A stretch of DNA of 64,000 nt from Lama glama (GCA_028534125.1 CM052818.1:29452001-29516000); one strand, 5' to 3'. Counted from the first letter of the stretch, positions 37,533-51,761 are shown. The notes: generated from the letters alone by a model not told the origin. Made by a program: numbers and translations.

Positions 37533-40500
37533 CTGCAATGATGAGGTGTGAAATACGAAGGTTAATTGAATGCAGGATGCCCAGCTCCAGAGCACTGCTG
37601 TGCTTCACCGTCACATTATAAAAGAGTTCCTTTGCTATGGTCACAGAGCTGGGACGGGGATGTGGAGTGGCTCTGAAACCTTGGAACAAAACACCAGGAC
37701 ATAATCAATAGGACACTAAAATGAACAAGCATATTTCCAAGAGCTCCTGGGCATTCTGAGCATTTTCAGAAAACCTGTCACTGTTCAGAGCACTGCATAA
37801 AACTGAACTTTTCAAAGTCATTTTTTTTCCTTATTAAGAACCTCAAAACTTAAGAGAGAAGTTAAACTCTTTGAGTTTCAGCTGTCTGTTGAACTCTCTG
37901 CTGTGGACCCTCAGGGAACAGAGCTGTAAGGGAGAGGTGAGGACAGAGACCTTGAGAACGTGGCACAGATCCCATCTACAAGAGGTCTCTGTCCTTCTGC
38001 CACACCAAGACCTGGGCCGGACACCAGCAGGGCCGAGCCAGGTCAGCTCTGTGAGACAAAGGCTCCAGGCATCCAAGCAGCCTGACCCAGGGAAGGCAGC
38101 CCAGCTCGGAAGGTGATGGCAGGTTTAAGTCAGGCCAGCAGGCAGAAGGGCCAGGCTTCAAGGCCACCTGAGCAACATGAGTTGACCAATGGAAAGATCC
38201 ATCTCGACTCCTTGTCAATCAAGGTCAGAAGAGGCTGGGAGGCAGGGGTCTCAAGTGAGAGCAGCTCCGTGAGGCTGGGAAGGCTCTAGGAAAACATACT
38301 GCTCTGGGTACCGATTTTGAGGCTGGTTGTGCAGGGAGGGCCACTTGGCTCTTCATCCCTTCTGTGCAGGCTAAGCCCACGTCCCACATCTAAGGGGGTC
38401 CCTCTGCCTCAATCTCTACAAGATTCTCAAACGGTTTCCAGAGCCATCTTTCCAAAGACAAATCTGATCACAGTACCCTACTGACTGAAAAGTTTCAGTC
38501 ACCCTCTGCCATCTGAAGACTGCCAACTCCCCAGCATGACACGTAAGGCCCTGCCTGTTCTCACCTTAGACCAGCTTTCTTCCCCATCCCCTCGGCCTCT
38601 GCACCCATCCTTCAGGCACATCAAAGGACTCCTTATTTTCTGTACCCCAACCGTCTTTCCAAAAAGCGGTTTCTCCTCTCTGGAATGTCCTTCCTTCTTC
38701 CTTTGCCTGGAGAAACTTTCTTTATCCTGTAAGCCGCAGCCCTGGAGAACCCTCACTGGAAAGCCTCCTGTCGCCTCAATTTCAGCTCCTTCCTCCAACC
38801 AGCCTCCCTCCAGGGCACTCTCTAAACAGTTCCGCTGCCTCCGCTATGTGTTCTAATTAAATCCAGATGCATCTTACTCATCTGTATAACCCAATCCACA
38901 GGACACATGGCAAATGACTGCTCAATAAGTCTTGAGGGAAGGAAGGCACACACAAGCGGAGGAACTAAGGAACAAACCAACGAGCTGCAGTCCATCCAAG
39001 GATGCAGCGGTTCTGTGGAAAACCATGGAAATGAGCACACTCGCCCGGACTAGTGAGCAGAGCACAGCGGCAGAAAGCTGGGGCAGGTGGTGACTCCTGG
39101 AAGGGCAGCGGAAAGTAGACGCCAGTCACCAGGCAGGCCTCCAGGGACAGCCCTGCTTTCCCGCTGGGTCCGCCCATGCAGGATTCCGAATGAGGCTCTA
39201 TGTGACTCCATGTCCGAATTGTAAAACAAAACCAGAGAAGGCCCAGCACAGTTAATGAAGTTTTAGTTACATCTAGCTCTGAAGTCCTTGGGTTTTTGTG
39301 GTTTTTTATGATTTCGACAGGATGTCATACGCTCTCCCAAAATCGTCTATGATGAGCAGGGGGGAGAGGAGAGGGGGAAGGGGGAGGGAGAGGGAACTCA
39401 TGTACGAAATAGAGAACCCGAGGCAAGAAAAGCACATGCTGGCTGGGTTCAGGAAGTTCCCAGACTCTTCCAGCTTAGTCACAGAAGGCTGAAATCTGAA
39501 ATAGGAAGCATGGAAGAAGGAACACCGCTCCAGGCATCAGACTGGAAACAAAATAATTATGTTAAGAACGCAGTAGTCTCCACCATTGCCATCTGCTGCC
39601 AGAGCGTGCTTCCAGTGTGTTCCCAGGTTTAGCACCAGATTTATGTCAGATACCAGCTTGTTTCCGGGTTTAGCAGTCAGGTTTACATAAGACACCGGTG
39701 CACATCCCATGTAGACCAGTCTCCTCCCATACTCTCTAGGTTCTTCTATAATCAAGCAAAACTCTCGACACGTGCCATTTTTATATGCTCCAAATTTTAG
39801 TAGCAGTTAAAATCCAATTTTCACCTCAGATTCCTAGGATGTTTTATTTGGGAGGGCAAAAATAAATCATTTCTCCCGACCAGGCCTCAGAAAAGGTACA
39901 AGGTTTTCATTACAGGATTCAGGCCGCTTTATCCCATGGCTTTGTTTTCGCAGGTCCACAGCCAAAAGCAGCACAAGCCATCCAAATCGATTAAATAAAT
40001 GGCAGTGTAGGTGGTACCATGACACTGTGTGTTCTCAAAACCGGGTCTGCACAGTGTGAGTAAAGACTGCACGGGATGAAGTCAGGCTTCTAACAAGGCA
40101 CGAGGTTTCATGTTTGTCCCTTTAGTTATTTAACTATGCAGACTTCAATGTGTAGCCAGGAACTCCATCTCAGACATCTTTGTGGCCATACCCAGGGCTC
40201 TCACATAATAGACCATTCACCACCACTAGGTCTTGTCTGTCTAAGCCTGTCTCTCATTTCAAAGCATATCTTACAAGAAATCCAGGAGAAATGTGTTAAA
40301 TTTATAACCCCATATTTAGCTATTTCAGGTCAGAGAGAAGTATCTGTCCTGTCCATCGAGCAACGTGATACAGCTCCTCAAAGCGCACACAATCTGGGGC
40401 TGCAGGCTAGGGGACACTATGACCCCACCTGCGGGTGCTAGGATTCCAGCAGATGCATGGCCCACCTAGGGCAGTCCAAACAGAACAGTGAGGGTTCTGG

Positions 40501-43500
40501 TAATCAGGTCCTGTGAATGTCAAGTGAAGAAAGCAGAGACAGGAAGATGACGTGCAGCCATGATGGCAGAGTGCAGGTGTGTTAAACAAACTCATTGCCT
40601 GAAGTTAGTTGCATGACTAAAGGCTGCAAATCCAGGAAGAGAGGCTCCAACTCGTTAAGCAGGAGACTTTTCAACAGTTAAGACTCCTCAACAATGCAAG
40701 AGGCTGACATCTTCGTTGGGAATGAAGGCTGGAGGACCATCTCTCATCAAGTCCAGGATATGAAGCAGGTAAGTCGTATGGTTTCCGCCACATCTGGGGT
40801 GCTATACGCTGACAGGCTGCAGTACTTGATTTAGGAAACGCAAATTACTACACACTAGAGGCAACCTCAGGTACTTCTGTTGCTCTCAAGTCTGTAACAG
40901 AACTGTGTCTGGGCAGATGCACTCCTACCCATCTCCTGTGTCTTACCTCCTCCCTTCTATCAGCATCTCCAGAGATGCTTACCCCAGCCTGAGCCTCTTC
41001 CTAAAGGACTTCTGCAAACTAAATTAAAAAAAAAGAAAATCAAATAGAGCTATTCGCAGCCCCAGTCATCATGATCCTTAGAAGACTGGGTGCATGGAAA
41101 TAACTCACTGACAGTTCCCATCTTCATGTCTAATTAGCACTATACATCAGAAGGTAAGACTACTTAAAAATCATCACAATTACTCCATGAATGTCAATGG
41201 TTTGACTTTCACAACACACAATTATTCCAAGCCACGGTATGAAAATCTTTAATTGTTCAACATTGTGAAGAAATTAACAGACTGCAAGACAATGTACTTT
41301 TCTAAATCTTGACTTGATTGAGAATACTTATCTGTAGACTTATCTACAATACTGACTTGCAAAAACTCACTTTTGAAATACCGTACCCCTTTCCTGATAC
41401 TCAAAATTAAGCTGTGATCACAGCTGGTTTTAGAACTCCCTACAAATACAGGAGCTGAAATGTTCAGTCTTACATGTATCAAGGCTTACAATTTTTGTCA
41501 ATTCAAGACTCATGGGAGTTGCTCCAAGATGAACAGTAACTTGAAGAGGGGATAAGCATGGGAGCATGGTTTCAAGTGATTCAATTTTCATGCCTTAAAA
41601 TTACAGGTACCTATAAATATCTTCATTTCAAGCATGTTTGCTGCACTGGGCAGTGGATCTTTCACAAGGAAGCTCCAGCCTTGGGGAAAAGAAAGCAGCA
41701 ATGGATGGGAATCATTAGACGGGGTCTAAACCCCGGCTCTCGCTGATGAGCAGGGAAATGCTTCACCCATCACTCAGCCTTACTAGATAGAAATGAGACA
41801 ATAGGACAGCAATCCCAACTTCCAAGGACAGTGGTGAGATCAAATGATGCACATCCAAGCACGGCTGACCCTACTCCAGCAGCTCTGGTGTGGGGACTAG
41901 AAGACGGTGGTCTTTGGGGCCGTGTTACAGCAGGACAGAGTGTCGGGTACACAGAGCATGGGCTGGTTCTGCACCGTCCTCCTTGGAGGACAACCTATCA
42001 AGTGTCCTACTGCTGGCCCGTTTGTTAGGCTCTCAGGATACTTTTAATCAAAGAGTTCAGATAGTTCACCAGTAAAAGGGCCACTTCATAAAGATGGTGA
42101 CCATGTCAAGGACCTACTACTTAAGACATTTAAAAATGGTAACATTGAAACACTCTTACATATTATCCTTATCACATGTTGGGAACTCATTTTATTTTGT
42201 TATCAGGAACCATTATAAAACAAAGTATGAAATACTCTGAGTTTGAATAGAGAACATTTTCTCAAAGAGATTAAGGCACTGGAATGAAATAAATAAAACT
42301 TAAAATGTTACAATGATGCAGATTTTTTTAAATGCTCCTGGAGATTGCACTGAAGTGAAACTTGAAAGAGAGAGGCTCATTCACTGCAACTCCTTCTTAT
42401 AAGAGTGTACAGGGCTGTGTTCAGGAAACAGCTGAACAAGGCAGTGACTCAACGGCTGGACTAGGGAGAGACATTCCCAAGGCATGGAGAAGCTTTTGCT
42501 AAGCCCAAGACCTAACACCCACTGGAAGGGACCCCAAAGGAACAGAGAGCGGGTGGGGAAGGAGAGCGAGGTGGAGCTACACCATGGACAATTCTCCCAT
42601 TTTGGGATTCAATTTGTAGTCAGGTATCAAAATTAATCAGGAGTCAGGGAAACGGAAGTGTCCGTTTCCTCTCCCAGACCAAAAACGTTTTGGATTGCTT
42701 TGGATGAAGTATCTGGCATCTTCACAGTTATGTAGCAAACGTGGAAATAGTGATCAAAAAGAGAAGAGTAGGAAAAGATGATGCCTTTTTATAAAAGTGT
42801 CTTATTCTATACCTGATACTTTCCCTCAAAAGAGAGAGAGAGTTATCAGGATAGAATACATCATTCATGGGTAAAAAAGGGAAGAAATTATAATTAAGGT
42901 CAACATGATCAGTAATCAGAGGACCAAAATATGAAACTGGACAATACAGCCCACTGGCTGTACTTCTCAAACAACTAGCAGAAGGGAGATTTGAAGTCCA
43001 CCGCTAATGATCTGTCCCCCCAATAAATGCTGCCCCCAACAAGAGACACCCTAACACAGAGCAAACTCCCAGGCATCTCTATGTTTGGCAGAGTCAGGGC
43101 TTTGTGGAACTGACCTTTCCACACAATCATACTCCCTGTGGGCCCAGTGAAGAGTGGTGTAACGATGACCTGCAACTGAGTAAATGATAAGAGCTCAGCT
43201 TCTGAAGTTGGACCAACACAGGTCCAGATCCTCACTTTTCCCATCACCACCTACATGACCACGGGCAAAACTCTCAACCTCTCTCTGCCTATTCCCTCTA
43301 TAACATGGAACTAAAAATGTGCACTTTCACAGCGCTCTCAAGAAAACAGACAATACATGGAGACAGATTCTCCATGAGACAACCGCATGGCCAGCATACC
43401 CTCAGGCTCACAATTAACGTCAGACTTCTTCCTCTGGGCCCTTCACTTAAAAACCTGGGCTTAGTTAACAAATGAGCATGCAATCTAACAGTTACTGGAT

Positions 43501-43589
43501 ATACGATGTACCAGATTCAACTTACAGAGAAGAGATACTTAAAAATAAGTAACTTAGATCTAGACATTTAAAAGAAAAAAAAGAAAAAG

Positions 43590-43765
43590 AAGTTTCTTCT
43601 GTATAGCACAGGGAATCATGTTCAATATCCTGTAATATCTTTAATGGAAAAAAAATTTTAAATGAATGTATGTATGTATATGCATGACTGGGACATTGTG
43701 CTGTACACCAGAGATTGACACATTATAATTGACTGTACTTCAGTAAAAAAAAAAAAAAAAAAAAG
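43590..43765 (+). mobile_element. L1 3'-end fragment with long polyA
   Basis: Reads ctgtatagcacagggaa...tgctgtacaccagagattgacacattataattgactgtacttcagt followed by about 20 A. Confidence 0.8.
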
Positions 43766-44199
43766 ATAATAAAATAAAAAACAAAAAGATACTCTTATAA
43801 TTTTGCTAAAAATGTTCAAGTTTTCAAAAAAGTGCTCTGACTAGTTAAAAAGGAAGATCAGGGAGTAAATGCCATGCAGAGTTTGTGATTAATTGAATTT
43901 CATTTTAATTCTACTCAATAAGGACAACATGGTATCAGTGAATTACTATAAACCAATTATTATCAATCAATTACTACCCATGTTCAAGTAGCAGGCAGAT
44001 TCCACTTTCGAGACATCAAAATCCTTCTTGTCACGTGCCATGTCTTGGTACCAGAGGACCAAGACCAGGAAGTCAAAACAATGAAGCCTGCTCTGCATCT
44101 ATTCCCAAGCATCCATGGCTCAATCACAAAACACTGAGGAACACAGAACTCCCCAAGACGGGTCCCAGAGAACACACCTCTTCTCTCATGTTCAGCGAG

Positions 44200-44553
44200 T
44201 ATTATGGACTGAATGTTGGTGTGTCCCTCCATGCAAATTGACATGTGGAAGTCCTGATCTCTAATGGGATGATATTAGGAGGCAAGGTCTTTGGGAGGTC
44301 ATGAGGGTGGGGCCCACGTGATAGGATTAGTGTCCTTACAAGGAGAAGACGACACACTAGAGCACTTTCTGCCTCTGCCATATGAAGGCAGTGAGAAGGT
44401 GGCCATCTGCAAACCAGGAAGAGAGCCCTCCCAGGGACTGACTCTCTCAGCATCTTCATCTTGGACTGTCCATCTCCAGAACTGTGAGAAAATTAATACT
44501 GGTTATTTAAGCCACCCAGACATGGTATTTTGTTCTGACAGCCAAAGCTGACT
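44200..44553 (+). mobile_element. MLT1A-like MaLR LTR
   Basis: Reads tatggactgaatgt...gccatctgcaaaccaggaagagagccctc...tccagaactgtgagaaa...tttaagccaccc. Confidence 0.8.
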
Positions 44554-47114
44554 TCTACAGACAGCAATGGTTTCTGGTGGGCATCTCCATGCCCAGAAGA
44601 GACAGCCTAAGAACCAGGATTGAACAGTACAAATACTGGAACAGGAACCAGAAAGCCTCAGTTGTAGTCCTTACCTACCATAAACTCAACATAAGGCATG
44701 AAGCAACTTAATTTCTCTCTGGCCTTCAGTTTCCTCACCGATACAATTCTGATGACAGACTAACTGCTAATATTCACTGATGTGCCAAAATTTTACAATT
44801 TTATGAAGACTCTAGTGCAAGGCTGAGGGTAACCAGGCAGCTATGGTGGAATGGTGTCCTGTGTCAGGGCAACCCTGTGAAGGTTGCTGTTCCTTAAATG
44901 TTTGATTCCATGCGGCCCCATGTTCCCTAGTCCTGACATTACACCCTGACCTGGAGCACCATGACCAGTAAGGACCAGCATGGGGCCCCTCTTCTGGACC
45001 CTGCTTCACTGCCTCCCTTTTCCTGCTCATCAGTACTCACAGAAACAGCAAACTTCCCTGAAAATAGCCATGGCTCTTAACTCCTTTTTAAACCATAAGA
45101 ATTATAATGAATAGATGATTATCAATAGGCAAAATACTAGAAATCATTCAGGACAGTCATGGAGATGCAGATTTTCCATGCTTTGAGCTGTGACTCACTG
45201 AAAAGTCACACTATGGCTGATCAACCCACACAGCCCAGGTGTCCTATAAACTATTCCAAGTGTGCAACTGCCATGCCCCACTCTACCCACACCCAAAAGC
45301 GTCCTACTCCAGGGCTCTGGCACAAAGCCTGGAGGCGTTCTGGCAAACAGAAGCTACACCCTCAATTCTATAAATCTGGTTGAGGAATGTGAATCCCCCC
45401 CCCCTTTTTGGGAAAATCTTGGACTTCTTTTCATAAAAACCAGAATGAGGGCCCTCAGGGGGAACGTTCTCACCATACGCAATGTAATGATGAATCCAAA
45501 CTTCTGTCGCAGCTCCTCTTTGTTCCTATCAATCTATTTGCTATGATATAAACACATTTCCACTCTGGCAAAACGACTTCTGCCCATCTTCTGAGTAGAA
45601 CAGTGCTCTTCTAGCCTGTGGACCAGCTACGGCTCCAAATCAAGCTAGAAAGCCTCATGAGAGCTCTTCAGTGTCCATGTACCAGAACATTAAACATGTT
45701 TATTTCCATGTGCCAATAAGGAAAAGGGTCCAAATTTCTGAACCCTATCACTAACGCAACTACAGCAACACATTTGATCAACTTGTTCTGAAGGCCTGCT
45801 GTCATAAAGGAGAATATCGTACGACAGGGCCCTGGCAGCGGAACAGGCATTGTCTCATAAGAAGAGGAAAATGCTTAAATACTTCCAGATTTTCTAAAAG
45901 AACTTGTAAAAAATTTGCTTTGGCTTGAGTAGAACATTCTTTATAGGCAAGGTTTTTTTTTTCTTTCTTTCTTTTTTTTAAAGTCCACCCAGCTTTCTTT
46001 TATTAGAGTAATTAAAACAATGTTAGGCATTTGGGGTATCTGATACAACCCTAATCCTCTGATATTTCAGGCTATTGATTTTACAAAGTATCTACTGTGA
46101 CTAGGGCATTAACTGTTGGAAATGTATCCACATTGATTTCTGACAGTGTATTTGTTTAAAGCCGGCTGAAGCCAAACCATTGGCTTCAAGGAATTCCAGA
46201 CAACTACTTTAGTTTTATGAAACGGTATTTTTTAAAGTTACACTAAGGCAAAAATGGTTTTAAAGTAACTTAAAAGGGGGAAAAGATTCTTAAGCATGAA
46301 ACTTACCATTCTACTTGACATCTCTTCTAAATAAACGATCACACTTGGGCTGCCTACTCTCTCCAACTCTCCAAGGATTTGAGCATTTCGACAGTCAAGT
46401 CTATCAGGCTGTGGTATGTCTTGCTATTCTTACATTGCAAAAAGAATAATTATGTTTTGTCATGATTATATTCCAACATCCTATTTCCCGCTGGCCTTCC
46501 CTCCCTTGCAGCAAAAACACAAATTACACCATAAATCCTAGTACTAGATGGTATGAAGATGCAACTTATCCTAACTTCCATTACCAAGGACGTATTCTTT
46601 ATAAAGAGAAGGTCAAGATGAGGGAGGAAATAAAGATGAGTGTGTAGACACAGCATGATTATTACCCCTACAGCAATCTAATCACTCCCAAACGATGAAC
46701 GTAAGGCCTATTTTTCCCCATGCTTATTTCTAGGTCTGTACTGAGAGAAACTCTAGGGGGGCTGCCTTGCTTGTCAGTTTCCTTTTTGTTTACGTAGAGA
46801 GGCTGAAAAGAACAACAAAACATTTGGGGTCTCACAGCAATAAGTCAACTGTTAACACGTGCCTCATTTGGTTAAGCTTTCGGTTTTTCTCTATTTCCTC
46901 CAAGTACACAGAACTCAAAACTAGTAATTACCTGTGGTTTGGTCACCAGTAGTGTAGAAAAACTGAATGCCACAAGTCATATTAATAGGTTTCTCTAATT
47001 CCTTGTGAGCAGGGAACCATGTCTGTCTTGACCACTGCTCTGCCCCTTGTGGCGGGAACACTTCCTACTCCCCAGAGAACCACTGGCTTCCCCATATATT
47101 CCGCTCCCTGACTG

Positions 47115-47450
47115 CTGGTGGGCTGGGACTGCCATAACAAAACACCAGAGACTGGGTGGCTTAAACAACAGACATGCGTCTTCTCTCAGTTCTGGAGGGT
47201 CAAAACACGAGATCAAGGAGCCAGCATGGTCCATTCTGGTCGGGACTCTCTTCCCAGCTAGTAGGAGGCCGCCATCTTGCTATGTCCTCACATAGTGAGC
47301 AGAGGGAGTTCTCTGGTGTCTCGTCTTACAAGAATATTAATCCCACTGTATCAGGACCCTACCCTTATGGCTTCATTTAATCTTAATTACCTCCTTATAG
47401 ACTATCTCCAAGTACACTCACATTGAGGGGTTATGACTTCAACAAATGAG
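47115..47450 (-). mobile_element. MLT1A-like MaLR LTR
   Basis: ctgccataacaaaacaccagagactgggtggcttaaacaacaga...cagttctggagg...cttcaacaaatga is the reverse complement of an MLT1 LTR. Confidence 0.8.
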
Positions 47451-48704
47451 TCTTCCTTTGTTGTAGGAACTGAGAGGCCTTGTGCTCTATGTAGCACAGC
47501 AGTAACACAGTGGAGGCCACCAGCGGCCTGCGTCCCTGACAGATGTGTGGCACGGAGCCCCATTACCTTTCAGACATCTAGTGCACACAAAGGGTAACCT
47601 TTTGCTGTGTCTGTTACTACAGCACAACCTAGCCTACCCTGACTAACACTAATATATTTACCGACAGCTCATCTATGCCCAGTGTTGAGCTCAGTTCCTC
47701 AGTGGTCCTGTCTTCCTGAAAAGCACAAGCTTGTGGGGAAGAGAAGAGAGGCACAAAACCATCAACTTTATGACGATTAAATTCAAAACAGTCTGACTGG
47801 GTTCTACATGCAGTAAAAGTTCAAGGGGGAGAGAGCCATGTGGGCTGAAGAAGGAGTGAAAGGCTTCTTGGAGAAGCCAACACTTGAGTTTCTCAAGTTG
47901 GAGTGGATCTGAGAGAGCATTTTAGGTACTGACGATATTCAAAGTTTGTACAGTTTGCTCTGCCCATAGATCCTGTGTATATGTGAGAAACATGTGGCGT
48001 CTAAGATTGTGGGAGGGGAGGAAAAAAGAAAGATGTCAAAATCATCACAGTCAGAGGACTGCAGGGCTACAAGAGGTCTTGGTAGTCTTCTCAGCCAAGC
48101 CAGTTATTTGAAAAATAAAGAAACTGAGGGCCAGAGATATGATGCATTTGCCAAAATGGAAAAAGAGCTATTGACTTGGAAATACCAGCACAAGCTAGTC
48201 CCCCCACCTCTCTGAGCCTCAAGTTTCACTGAACTAAATGGGAGACAAGAATACCTTACTTTTCCTTGTTTTGAAGTTGTTTCGAAAGTCAACTAAGGTC
48301 ATAAATGTGAATGTTCTCTATCAACCGTTTTATAAAAACACACTGCCTTACTAAGATGCCTGTCCCAAAGCCACAGAACCTTCAGACCATTTTCTTAACT
48401 CCATTGAAGCTTGCACATTCTAAACCAGTCCTCTTCAAAGTGTTGTCTGGACAGCATTGCTGTCTTTATTCAAAATATGTAGAACTTTGGTGTCTGGATT
48501 TCAGAATTCTCTTCAGGACTAAAGACATTATTTTAAATACCCTCAATGGTGGCAAATCTCTGCTCACTAGAGGCTGAAGTGACCATTGGAATCTTTTGGA
48601 TTTTCTGAGAATACAGTAATGGATGAGCAAAATATCAACGACTTAATTTTCATGAGCAGCTCATTAACTCATTCTGAAACAATTACTTCAAAACAAGTTA
48701 AAGA

Positions 48705-48789
48705 GGGGGGTATCTCAGTGGTAGAGCACATGCTTAGCATGCACGAGGTCCTGGGTTCAATCCCCAGTACTGCCATTAAAAAAAAAAAA
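48705..48789 (+). mobile_element. tRNA-Ala(AGC)-derived SINE or retrocopy followed directly by polyA
   Basis: Reads ggggggtatctcagtggtagagcacatgcttagcatgcacgaggtcctgggttcaatccccagtactgcca-tt(A)n. Confidence 0.85.
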
Positions 48790-51046
48790 GCCATTTAAAA
48801 CAAATCTCAAAACTGCACAATGGCAGTATCATTAGAATAAATGCACAGTTTCAAAGAGATCTTGTTGAAACAATATCCAAATATACATATAAATTCTTTT
48901 ATACATGTAAGAAGAGAAAAAAATGGAAGAATGAGGGAAAAAATACTACTATCATCAACGTGGGGGAAGGTGAAGGGTGGAGTCAGGGAACCTTTTTGTT
49001 GTCTTTCAATATGGGACAGTGTTGCTTTTTTCAGTACAACTTAATGGGTCAGGTTTTTCATTTGTTATTTTAGTAAACCAGATGGTTCCACTTCATGTTT
49101 GCAAAGCTCAGTTCCAACAGGTCATGTAGACAAAGTCAAGAAATGACATCAGATCCTAGAAATACGAGCTGTGACTCTTCAAACACTTTTGTAATGTATA
49201 GAGTTCAAACTGACCATAGACTCAAGCCATGGTCTCCTAAAACCACTTCCAACATACCTCAGAACCATCATGTTCAAATGTAATGACCACAAATCTTGCC
49301 ACTTTGGCAAGATCAGAAGAGACGTAACATGCATCCACTCTGAACCGCCTCACGATTATTTTCAATGCCTACTCCTCTGCATAAACAGGAGTCTAATTAA
49401 TAGGTATATTATTTTAGTGAGCGCCAGAGGTAAAAAAAAAAAAGATGGAAATCTGCTATTTTATGTCCTGATAAAGGTACTTCCACTGCCAATAAAATGA
49501 AAAACATCTGAGAAGACCAAAGAAGCATAAACTGGTCTGTTGAACAGGTCAGGGTAAGTGAACACTTGAAACTGACAGCCTCTTTGGTGCCCAGACACTG
49601 GCCTGGGGAAAGACTGGATATTAGGCTGTAGGAAGCGTAATGTCTGGGTCATCACCCATTCTCTGAACCACTCTACTTCAGTTCTAAGAATCTATATTTT
49701 GATTCAACTAATGTCCCAGCCCTACATTCTCAATCTAAGTAAAACCAGCGGTTCTTCCCGCCACTGGCAGAAGCCCAGTCACGTGGAGACATGGTTTCTT
49801 TCATATACAGTACGTTTCCCCTTTGGGTCTTATTCCTGTCTTTACTGATCTTTTCAACTCCAAGGAAGACAGCCCTTGGCACAAAGCCCATCTGGCAGAG
49901 GTGGCTGGAGCAGTACCAACTGACACTGCAGAAGTCTGGGACCAGTCACCACAATGCGTGCGACACCTTCAGTGATACCCTCTGTAAAGGTTTGGCAAGG
50001 ACGGCCCATTTCAGAGTCACTGGAGACAACCAGACTCACTAACACTCAATTAAATATTTCTTAGATTATGCCAAAGGAGTGGGACAGTGACGAAAAACCC
50101 AGATGGCATAGGAAGTGCATAATGTTAATGACTTATTCCACGTGAAGGAGGCCAAACTTCAGCAAATGCAAGCAACAGACCCCAACAGGGCTCTCTGCTC
50201 GTGGAGAAGGCAGACGTCAGGTAGTCCTGGCCCTGCCTTCCCTGTTCACTGCCCAGCCGTGTGTCTGCAAAAAGGCCGAATTCACCTGGGAGGGCCCCGC
50301 CCCCAGGACCATGTGGCCTGGGAGAATCGGAAAGGGAAGAGAAGAGGGCCACAGACACTCCTAGACCCACTGCTGACCCAGCCTGGCTGACTCAGTCCTC
50401 CTCACATAAGGGATAACACAGAAGTGAGAGGCCAAGAGTCTTTGGTGAAATGTTTTACAGTTACTTTCTTTTTAGATTTCTTGTCTACTTAGGCAGTTTG
50501 TGGACTCAGCTTAGGGAATTAACCAATGTGAAAGTGTTACGACCATTCTGGCACCATCCCCTATCAGGATAAAATTAGCATTTCATCATAGCTTCACGCC
50601 TCACCCTAGTGATACTCACTGTCAGGGCAGAAGAGATTCTAAGGAAATCCAAAAAGAGGTTTCTAAGCAGAGCTTTGTGTCCCAGCTCCCCTGATCGAGC
50701 ACAACATTCATTTTCCATTCCTGAGAAGAGATTCTGAAAGTCTGCAGCCTGTCCCTACATCTGCATCTCTGCGTATCCATCTCTGTGTTTTCTGCCATGT
50801 GGAACTGAGCGGCGTGACAGCTGTTTCCCTACTTTCTCATCAGCTTCCGTGTGGTGGAAACCAGGAAATATTTTTCTTCAAAGTCCTGTGACAATATTGA
50901 GACTTTTTAAAAAGTACTTTCAGCCATGTAATTAAGATGCTTTTCCACTGCAGTGAGCTCACACTTTCCTGTTAAGTCTCTATGATGTTTGTTGAAAAAA
51001 AAATTTTTTAACAAAAGCAAAGTCTATTTGTTTGGCCCTTCAGAAT

Positions 51047-51190
51047 TGTGTGTGTGTGTGTGTGTGTGTGCGCGCACTGTGTGTGTGTGTGTGTATATGT
51101 GTATGTGTGTGTGTGTATATGTGTATGTGTGCATGTATGTATGTGTGTATATGTGTATGTGTGTGTGTCTGTGTGTGCATGCATGTGTGT
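51047..51190. repeat. Compound (TG)n/(TATGTG)n microsatellite
   Basis: Seen directly; it is the source of the spurious CVCV and HTHT ORFs. Confidence 0.97.
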
Positions 51191-51575
51191 TCCAGTGCTA
51201 AGATTTGGAGAACTTGAGGATGTTATTGACTTTATCTGCCAAAAGAGACAAATCTCCAATTAAATAATCTTTTTCTCCAATGGCCCATTCTGTTTCTATT
51301 TCTCCTGTCCAAAAAGAACTGCTGGAACAACTGCTGGAACCTCTAAGAGGATCCCAAACTGTTCTCGTGTCACTTAGACTGAATTTTTGCCCCAGGGCTT
51401 ACTATGTATATGGCCAGCAACTAAAGAAAGGCTTTTCCAATGATACCAGAATTTCACATCAAGCAATGGTCCTTTCCTTCCTCATCCACACAAAGCTTAT
51501 TTTCTTCTATATCAGAGAATTTCATCTTAGAATGTGTTTATTTATTCATTTTTTTATTAAACTGTCTTTCTTGGT

Positions 51576-51748
51576 GGGGAGGGTATAGCTCAAGTGGTAG
51601 GGTGCATGTTTAGCATACATGAGGTCCTGAGTTCAATCCCTAGTATCTCCTACAAAAATGAATGAATAAATAAACCTAATTATCTCCCCACCAAAGAAAA
51701 TCAAATAAATAAACAAACAAACCTGATTACCCCCCCAAAAAACTTAAA
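51576..51748 (+). mobile_element. tRNA-Ala-derived SINE (Vic-1-like) with duplicated tail and 11-bp TSD
   Basis: Reads ggggagggtatagctcaagtggtag...gaggtcctgagttcaatccc. TSD CTGTCTTTCTT at 51562-51572 and 51751-51761. Confidence 0.88.
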
Positions 51749-51761
51749 AGCTGTCTTTCTT

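Noticed and set aside
46295..46445. Possible cryptic exon (minus-strand donor-like ATG|gtaagt near 46307)
   Set aside because: It has no LTBP-like coding content, and the flanking true exons already join in frame; such donor motifs are frequent by chance.
48705..48775. Functional tRNA-Ala(AGC) gene
   Set aside because: It has acceptor- and D-stem mismatches, is followed by polyA rather than a T-run terminator, and belongs to a family of diverged dispersed copies in this window.
50989..51263. Cys/Val-rich and His/Thr-rich ORFs
   Set aside because: These are translations of the (TG)n microsatellite.
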